Origin: an uncultured Bifidobacterium sp.
GTDB taxonomy: Bacteria > Actinomycetota > Thermoleophilia > Miltoncostaeales > Miltoncostaeaceae
DNA length: 48,900 bases
Assembly (NCBI GenBank): GCA_964541555.1
Contig: CAZIQQ010000001.1
Location: forward strand, 9,224 to 58,123
Reading direction: 5' to 3'
Made by a program: the position numbers and the translations under genes. Below the pieces are notes generated by a model. That model had not been told where the DNA came from, ran no database searches, and was given only the letters and a program-made list of their open reading frames with translations. Every line of letters begins with the position of its first letter. Position 1 is the stretch's first letter. This document shows positions 43,440 to 48,900 of this stretch, in pieces.

Positions 43440-45832
43440 CCGCCTCGTGGCGCGGGGTCCTCGATGCGGCGCAGCCAGGGTATGCGGCGCACGGCGAGCA
43501 GCATCGCGATTCCCGCGGCCACCACGACGGCGATGAGGCCCCACTGGGCCGACGTGGGCACCCCGACCTCGAAGAAGTCCCTGAGGAAGGGGATCCTCAG
43601 GCCCACGGTGAGCAGCACCACGAACCCGGCCACCATCAGCCACACCCAGCGGCGCACGGGTCGTCGCTCGACCCCCCGCTCGAGCTCCACCACCACCGCG
43701 AGCCCCAGCAGCGTGGCCGTGAGCACCGCAGCCGACCGGGCTTCGTTGATGGTGGCGTCGAACGGGCCGCGGGCGAGGAGGTACGCCGCCGTGATGGCCA
43801 TCGATATCACCACCCCGGCCGGTATCGCGAACGCACCGAGGCTGCGCATGAAGCCCTCGCGGTGCACTGGACCATCGCTCCTCGACAGGGCCAGGAAGAA
43901 GGCCGGCACGCCGATGGTGAGGGTGGACGTGATCGACAACTGCCGGGGCAGGAACGGGAATGCCAGGGGCAGCAGGGCGAAGGCCAGCAGGATGATCGCC
44001 GAGTAGACCGACTTCGTGATGAAGAGCTTTGCCACGCGGTGGGTGTTCCGGATGATCTGGCGGCCGGCCTCGATGGCCTTGGGCAGCGTGGCGAACGAGT
44101 TGGTCAGCAGCACGAGGTCGGCCACGCCCTTGGCCATCTGGCTCCCGTTGCCCATGGCCACGGCGAGCCGGGCGTCCTTGAGTGCCAGTACATCGTTGAC
44201 GCCGTCGCCGATCATCGCCACGTAGCGCCCGTTCGCGGTCATGGCCTGCACCAGGGCGCGCTTCTGCTCGGGCGTGATGCGCCCGAAGACCGCGGTGCTG
44301 GTGACGATCTCCCGCAGGGCCTCGGGGTCGTCGGGCAGGTCGGGCCCCTGCATGGCGTTCTCGGCCCCGGTCACCCCGCAGGCAACGGCCACGGCCTGCA
44401 CGGTGCCCACTCCGTCTCCCGAGATCACCTTCACCTGCACGCCCTCGCCCTCGAGGAAGCGCACGGTCTCGGCGGCGTCGGGGCGCAGGGCCTCCTCCAG
44501 CACCACCGCGCCGATGGCGTCGACGGGCGGAAGGTGGCCCATGCCCTCCTGCTCTTCGTCGAGCGGCTGGTCACCCGCGGCCACCAGCAGCACCCTCCGG
44601 CGCTGTGCCTGCGCATCTGTGATGGCCTGCTGCAGCGGCGCGGCGATGTCCACGCCGATGCGCTCGAGGATCTCCGGGGCCCCCATCACCACGGTGCCGT
44701 CGCCGGGCAGGGTGACACCGCTCCACTTGCGCGACGACGCGAAGGGCACCTCGGCCGTGGGGGTGACGGCATCGGCCGGCATTCCCGCGAGGATCGCCTC
44801 GGCGGTCGCGTTGCGGGCGGCAGCGCTGGCCGCCAGCAGCCCGGCGGCACGGCGCACACGGGCCTCGTCCACGCCCGGGGCCGCCAGCACGCCGGCGACC
44901 TCGAGCCTGTTCTCGGTGAGCGTGCCGGTCTTGTCCACGCACACGGTGTCGACGCTGGCCAGGCTCTCGATGGCGTTGAGCTGCTGTGCCAGCGTGCCGA
45001 TGTGTGCCAGGCGCACGGCGGCCACGGCGAACGTGAGGCTGGCCAGCAGCACGAGGCCCTCGGGAACCAGCGGCACCAGCGCGGCCACCACCCTCTGCAC
45101 CGATGCCGCCGCGCCGCCGAAGTCGAGCCACACGGTGGACGCCACCATCAGCACCGCGAGCGGCACCATCACGGCGATGATGATGCGCAGGATGCGGTTG
45201 ATGTCGATCTGCAGCGGCGACAGCACCGAGCGGGTGCCCTTCGCCTCGGCCGCGAGGCGCTCGGCGAACGAATCGGCCCCCACCGCGGTGACCCGGTAGG
45301 CGCCGCTGCCCGCAACGCAGAACGCGCCCGACAGCACCTGGTCGCCTGCATCCCTGGCCACGGCATCCGACTCGCCGGTGAGCACCGACTCGTCGAGGCT
45401 CAGCACCGTGGCGCGCACCAGGTCGCCGTCGGCCACCACCTGGTCGCCGGGCTCCAGCAGCACCACGTCGCCCACCACGATGCCGGGCAGCGCGAGCTCC
45501 ACCGGCTCGCCGTCGCGCAGCACCCGGCCGTGCGGGGCCACCAGCAGCGCGAGGCGGTCGAGCGCGCGCTTCGCCCGGGTCTCCTGGATGATGCCGATGA
45601 GCGTGTTGGCCACCAGCACGCCGCCGAACAGCATGTCGCCCCACAGGCCGAACATGGCCAGGGGAACCAGCAGCACGATCAGTATGAGGTTGAACAGCGT
45701 GAAGGTGTTCGACCAGACGATGTCCGCGAACGATCTGCTGCCCCTGGGCCCCTGCCGGTACGGGTGCTGCTCGAGCGTGCGTGCGGCCTCGGCAGAGGTG
45801 AGGCCGAAGTCGGTGTTCACGGCCGGGGGCAC
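43436..45832 (-). CDS. P-type cation-transporting ATPase (P2/P3-like; Ca2+/Mg2+-type, ion not assignable)
   Basis: TGES actuator motif, PEGL in TM4, phosphorylation site CVDKTGTLTEN, hinge MIGDGVNDVLALK. It has no HMA domain or CPC motif. Confidence 0.9.
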   Translation of the reverse strand: MPPAVNTDFGLTSAEAARTLEQHPYRQGPRGSRSFADIVWSNTFTLFNLILIVLLVPLAMFGLWGDMLFGGVLVANTLIGIIQETRAKRALDRLALLVAPHGRVLRDGEPVELALPGIVVGDVVLLEPGDQVVADGDLVRATVLSLDESVLTGESDAVARDAGDQVLSGAFCVAGSGAYRVTAVGADSFAERLAAEAKGTRSVLSPLQIDINRILRIIIAVMVPLAVLMVASTVWLDFGGAAASVQRVVAALVPLVPEGLVLLASLTFAVAAVRLAHIGTLAQQLNAIESLASVDTVCVDKTGTLTENRLEVAGVLAAPGVDEARVRRAAGLLAASAAARNATAEAILAGMPADAVTPTAEVPFASSRKWSGVTLPGDGTVVMGAPEILERIGVDIAAPLQQAITDAQAQRRRVLLVAAGDQPLDEEQEGMGHLPPVDAIGAVVLEEALRPDAAETVRFLEGEGVQVKVISGDGVGTVQAVAVACGVTGAENAMQGPDLPDDPEALREIVTSTAVFGRITPEQKRALVQAMTANGRYVAMIGDGVNDVLALKDARLAVAMGNGSQMAKGVADLVLLTNSFATLPKAIEAGRQIIRNTHRVAKLFITKSVYSAIILLAFALLPLAFPFLPRQLSITSTLTIGVPAFFLALSRSDGPVHREGFMRSLGAFAIPAGVVISMAITAAYLLARGPFDATINEARSAAVLTATLLGLAVVVELERGVERRPVRRWVWLMVAGFVVLLTVGLRIPFLRDFFEVGVPTSAQWGLIAVVVAAGIAMLLAVRRIPWLRRIEDPAPRGG

Positions 45833-45869
45833 GCGCCGAGCCTACGCGGGCACCTGCGCCCGCGCGCCG

Positions 45870-46040
45870 TCAATCGTCGGCGAAGACGCGCGGTGCGGAC
45901 GCGAGCGAGAAGAGGACCCAGATGATCCCCAGCGCGAACGGGATGTAGCCCACCTCGTGGCGGTCGATCCATCCGACGTACGTCGTGATGATGCCCAGCA
46001 GCAGGAGAACGGTGACCATCCAGATGGGGAGCTTCTTCAC
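45870..46040 (-). CDS. Unannotated small membrane protein (56 aa, two TM helices) just upstream of the P-type ATPase
   Basis: My own translation gives VKKLPIWMVTVLLLLGIITTYVGWIDRHEVGYIPFALGIIWVLFSLASAPRVFADD*. It starts at GTG 46040 preceded by GAGAGG, and nearly all third positions are G/C. It is too short for the supplied ORF track. Confidence 0.6.
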   Translation of the reverse strand: MKKLPIWMVTVLLLLGIITTYVGWIDRHEVGYIPFALGIIWVLFSLASAPRVFADD

Positions 46041-46107
46041 GACTACCTCTCGCGGTTTCCGGTGGCCCGTGTTCGGGCCCGCGCCACATTAACGGCCCGG
46101 AAGGGTA

Positions 46108-46464
46108 GTGTCCCGGCCCGCCATGTCGGAACCCTCAAGCGCACAGGTCACGGTAACAACGGACGAACGCCCCTCGGGCGTGGTGGTCGTGGTGGTGGGT
46201 GTCGTGGATGCCAGCACCCTGTCGGACGTCTCGGCGGTGCTCACCGAGGCCCAGCGCGACGGCCGCACGGTCTTCATCGACCTCTCCGCCGTCACGTTCA
46301 TGGACAGCCGCGGGCTGGGCGCGCTCATCGCCGCCAATGAGCGCTCACGCGAGGGCGCCGCGCCCATCCGCCTCTACGCGCCGTCGGACGCCGTGCGCAG
46401 GCTGCTCAACATCTCGGGCGTCACCGCGGTGCTGGTGGAGGCCGAGGAGCTGCCGGCCGCCTGA
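46108..46464 (+). CDS. STAS-domain protein (anti-sigma-factor antagonist, SpoIIAA-like)
   Basis: VFIDLSAVTFMDSRGLGALI... is the conserved DSxGL phospho-serine region. It is 118 aa long. An alternative ATG lies at 46123. Confidence 0.8.
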   Translation: MSRPAMSEPSSAQVTVTTDERPSGVVVVVVGVVDASTLSDVSAVLTEAQRDGRTVFIDLSAVTFMDSRGLGALIAANERSREGAAPIRLYAPSDAVRRLLNISGVTAVLVEAEELPAA

Positions 46465-46510
46465 CCCCCTTGACGGCGGTGTTACCGTCGGTCGTAAAGG
46501 GAGGTCACGG

Positions 46511-46705
46511 ATGAGCAGCGTCTACTCGGTCCCGGGGATGACCTGCGACCACTGCAGGGCCGCCGTGGAGAGCCATGTGGCCGCCGTGCCCGGCGTCACG
46601 GCCGTCGCGGTGGACCTGGCACGGGGCACCGTTCTGGTGGAGGGGCCGGCCGACGACGCGCTGGTGCGCGACGCCATCGCCGAGGCCGGTTACGAGGTTG
46701 GCTGA
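46511..46705 (+). CDS. copZ: Copper chaperone, heavy-metal-associated domain
   Basis: An ATG at 46511 is preceded by GGGAGG. MSSVYSVPGMTCDHCRAAVESHV carries the GMTCxxC motif, and the 64-aa protein fits a ferredoxin-like fold. Confidence 0.88.
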   Translation: MSSVYSVPGMTCDHCRAAVESHVAAVPGVTAVAVDLARGTVLVEGPADDALVRDAIAEAGYEVG

Positions 46706-48890
46706 GCACGACCTCATGATCGAGGGCATGACCTGCGCCGCCTGCGTGGCGCGCGTGGAGAAGGCCCTCGGGAAGATCGACGGCGTCACGGCGACGGTGA
46801 GCCTGGCCACCGAGCGTGCCCGGGTGGACGCGCCGGCGGGCGTGGACGACGCCGCCCTCATCGAGGCCGTGCGCAGCGCGGGGTACGACGCCGCGCCGGC
46901 CGCTGATGCGCAGGCGCACGACGCCGAGGATTCCGCCGCGGCCACCGCCGCCCGCCTGCGCCTGCGGCTGATCTGGGCGGCGTGGCTCACGATTCCCGTG
47001 GTGCTGGTGTCGATGGTTCCGCCGCTGCAGTTCCCGGGCTGGCAGTGGATGGCCCTCGCGCTGTCCACCCCGGTGGTGTGGTGGTGCGGGTGGACGTTTC
47101 ACGTGGGGGCCTGGCGGGCGCTCCGCCACCGCTCGGCATCGATGGACACCCTCATCTCGTTGGGATCAGGCGTGTCGTGGGCGTGGTCGATGGTTGCCGT
47201 GCTGTTCCTGGGTGCCGGTGAGATCGGCATGACCATGCACATGTCGCTGCTGCCCTCCGACTCCATGGGCGCGGAGATCTACTTCGAGGTGGCGGCGGGC
47301 ATCGTGGCCCTGGTGCTGCTGGGCAGGTTCCTCGAGGCCCGTGCCCGCCGCAGTGCGGGCCAGGCCATCCGCGCGCTGCTGGCCCTTGCGCCCGACACCG
47401 CGGTGCTGGTGACGGCCGACGGCGAGGTGACGGTGCCGGCGGCATCGGTGCAGGTGGGCGACGTGGTGCTGGTGCGCCCGGGCGACCGGGTGCCGGTGGA
47501 CGGCCAGGTGCTGGAGGGCGCATCCGCGGTGGATCGCGCCCTGCTCACCGGCGAGAGCCTGCCGGTGGAGGTCGGTCCCGGCGATGCGGTGGAGGGCGGC
47601 GCCCTCAACGCCGGGGGCCGCATCACCGTTCGTGCCACGCGCGTGGGTGCCGACACCGCCGTGCACCGCGTGGCGCAGTTGGTGGAGGCCGCGCAGGCGG
47701 GCAAGGCGCCCGTGCAGAGGCTGGCCGATCGCGTGGCCGGCGTGTTCGTGCCCGTGGTCATCCTCATCGCGGTCGGCACGCTGGTCGGCTGGCTGGCGAC
47801 CGGGCATCCCGCTGGCGAGGCCATGACCGCCGCGGTGGCCGTGCTGGTCATCTCATGCCCCTGTGCCCTCGGCCTGGCCACGCCCGCTGCGCTGATGGTG
47901 GGCACGGGCCGTGGCGCCCAGTTGGGAATCCTCATCCGTGGTCCCGAGGTGCTCGAGAGCACGCGGCGGGTGACCGTGGCGGTGCTCGACAAGACCGGCA
48001 CGCTCACCGAGGGCGTCATGAGGGTGGCGCACGTGCAGCCGGCGGCGGGATGGGATGCCTCCGAGGTGCTCGCCCTGGCCGGGGCGGCCGAGGCCGGCAG
48101 CGAGCACCCCATCGCACGCGCAATCGCCGAGGCAGCGGGTGAGGCGGCGCCCCTGGTGGCCGCGAGCGCCTTCCGGTCGACGGCCGGCCTGGGCGTGACC
48201 GCCGAGGTGGAGGGGCGCGAGGTTCTGGTGGGGCGCAGCGACGCCCTGTCGGGTCCGCTCGCCGTGGCCCGCGACGCGGCCCGGTCGGAGGGTCGGACCG
48301 TGGTGGCGGTCGAGGTGGACGGCGTGCCGGCGGGCGTCATCGCCGTGAGTGACGTCATGCGGCCCGAGACGCCCCGGGCCATCGCGATGCTGCGCGAACT
48401 GGGGCTGCGACCCATCATGCTCACCGGCGACGCCGCTGCGCCGGCCCGGGCCGTGGCCGTCGCCGCGGGCATCGACGAGGTCGTGAGCGACGTGCTGCCT
48501 CACGACAAGGAGCGGGTGGTACGCGAGCTGCAGGAGGCCGGCGAGGTGGTGGCCATGGCCGGCGACGGGGTGAACGACGCCCCCGCGCTGGTGCGCGCCG
48601 ATCTCGGCATCGCCATGGGCACGGGAACCGACGTGGCCGCCGAGGCCGCCGACATCACGCTGGTCACGCCCGACCCGCGGGCCATCGCCGACGCCATCCG
48701 CCTGTCACGCCGCACGCTTCGCACCATCCAGAGCAACCTGGTCTGGGCCTTCGGGTACAACGTCGCCGCCATCCCGCTCGCGGTACTGGGGCTGCTGAAC
48801 CCGCTCATCGCCGCCGCCGCCATGGGGCTGTCGAGCATCTTCGTCGTCACGAACTCCCTGCGTCTGCGGGGGTTCAAGCCCGCTCGGTAG
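46698..48890 (+). CDS. copA: Copper-translocating P1B-type ATPase
   Basis: N-terminal HMA domain IEGMTCAACVARVEKAL, CPC motif ISCPCALGLATP, DKTGTLTEG, SEHP, and GDGVNDAPAL. I prefer the TTG start at 46698 (8-nt overlap with copZ). An ATG at 46716 is possible. Confidence 0.92.
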   Translation: MAEHDLMIEGMTCAACVARVEKALGKIDGVTATVSLATERARVDAPAGVDDAALIEAVRSAGYDAAPAADAQAHDAEDSAAATAARLRLRLIWAAWLTIPVVLVSMVPPLQFPGWQWMALALSTPVVWWCGWTFHVGAWRALRHRSASMDTLISLGSGVSWAWSMVAVLFLGAGEIGMTMHMSLLPSDSMGAEIYFEVAAGIVALVLLGRFLEARARRSAGQAIRALLALAPDTAVLVTADGEVTVPAASVQVGDVVLVRPGDRVPVDGQVLEGASAVDRALLTGESLPVEVGPGDAVEGGALNAGGRITVRATRVGADTAVHRVAQLVEAAQAGKAPVQRLADRVAGVFVPVVILIAVGTLVGWLATGHPAGEAMTAAVAVLVISCPCALGLATPAALMVGTGRGAQLGILIRGPEVLESTRRVTVAVLDKTGTLTEGVMRVAHVQPAAGWDASEVLALAGAAEAGSEHPIARAIAEAAGEAAPLVAASAFRSTAGLGVTAEVEGREVLVGRSDALSGPLAVARDAARSEGRTVVAVEVDGVPAGVIAVSDVMRPETPRAIAMLRELGLRPIMLTGDAAAPARAVAVAAGIDEVVSDVLPHDKERVVRELQEAGEVVAMAGDGVNDAPALVRADLGIAMGTGTDVAAEAADITLVTPDPRAIADAIRLSRRTLRTIQSNLVWAFGYNVAAIPLAVLGLLNPLIAAAAMGLSSIFVVTNSLRLRGFKPAR

Positions 48891-48900
48891 GCTGTGCCCG

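Noticed and set aside
46470-46500. MerR/CueR-type promoter upstream of copZ: TTGACG, a 19-bp spacer containing the dyad GACGG-N8-CCGTC, then TAAAGG
   Set aside because: The putative -10 overlaps the GGGAGG Shine-Dalgarno, so the TSS would fall only 3-4 nt before the ATG. That fits neither a led nor a truly leaderless mRNA. No MerR-family gene is in the window. It is too weak to report as a feature.

Overview
The window is very GC-rich, roughly 70% by eye, and gene-dense. It looks like core chromosome of a high-GC Gram-positive-type bacterium; the order cannot be resolved without a database. I see no mobile elements, CRISPR arrays or repeat families. The many long ORFs in the track that lie antisense to real genes are GC artefacts. 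From left to right the window holds: (1) an HtrA-like protease fragment, divergent from an OmpR-type two-component system that is translationally coupled to an SDR and a glycerate kinase; (2) rmlA-rmlD-rmlB; (3) a candidate yybP-ykoY (Mn) riboswitch, a TerC gene and a secreted S1 protease; (4) a UDP-2,3-diacetamido-sugar-type gene set (acetyltransferase, Gfo/Idh/MocA oxidoreductase, UDP-sugar dehydrogenase, 2-epimerase); (5) CcdA, a second TerC, an unknown ORF and a long ferredoxin-type sulfite reductase; (6) an RlpA-like lipoprotein gene and tRNA-Lys(CUU); (7) housekeeping genes (amidohydrolase, tatA, dcd, lipA, rhodanese). The most notable region is 25250-37917, a 12.7-kb single-strand block. 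It joins futalosine-route menaquinone genes (mqnC, mqnA, polyprenyl synthase, ubiE/menG, ubiX, ubiD), a Bacillus/b6f-style qcrABC menaquinol:cytochrome c reductase, and heme genes (hemL, fused siroheme decarboxylase ahbA-ahbB, hemB). Nine of its junctions are 4-nt start/stop overlaps, and two uncharacterised ORFs are embedded in it. The right end holds aat, an ABC-2 exporter, an AI-2E transporter, a degenerate LytM protein, ymdB, a P-type cation ATPase preceded by an untracked 56-aa membrane ORF, an orphan STAS protein and copZ-copA. Every function is inferred from motifs I recognise in the translations; no database search was run.
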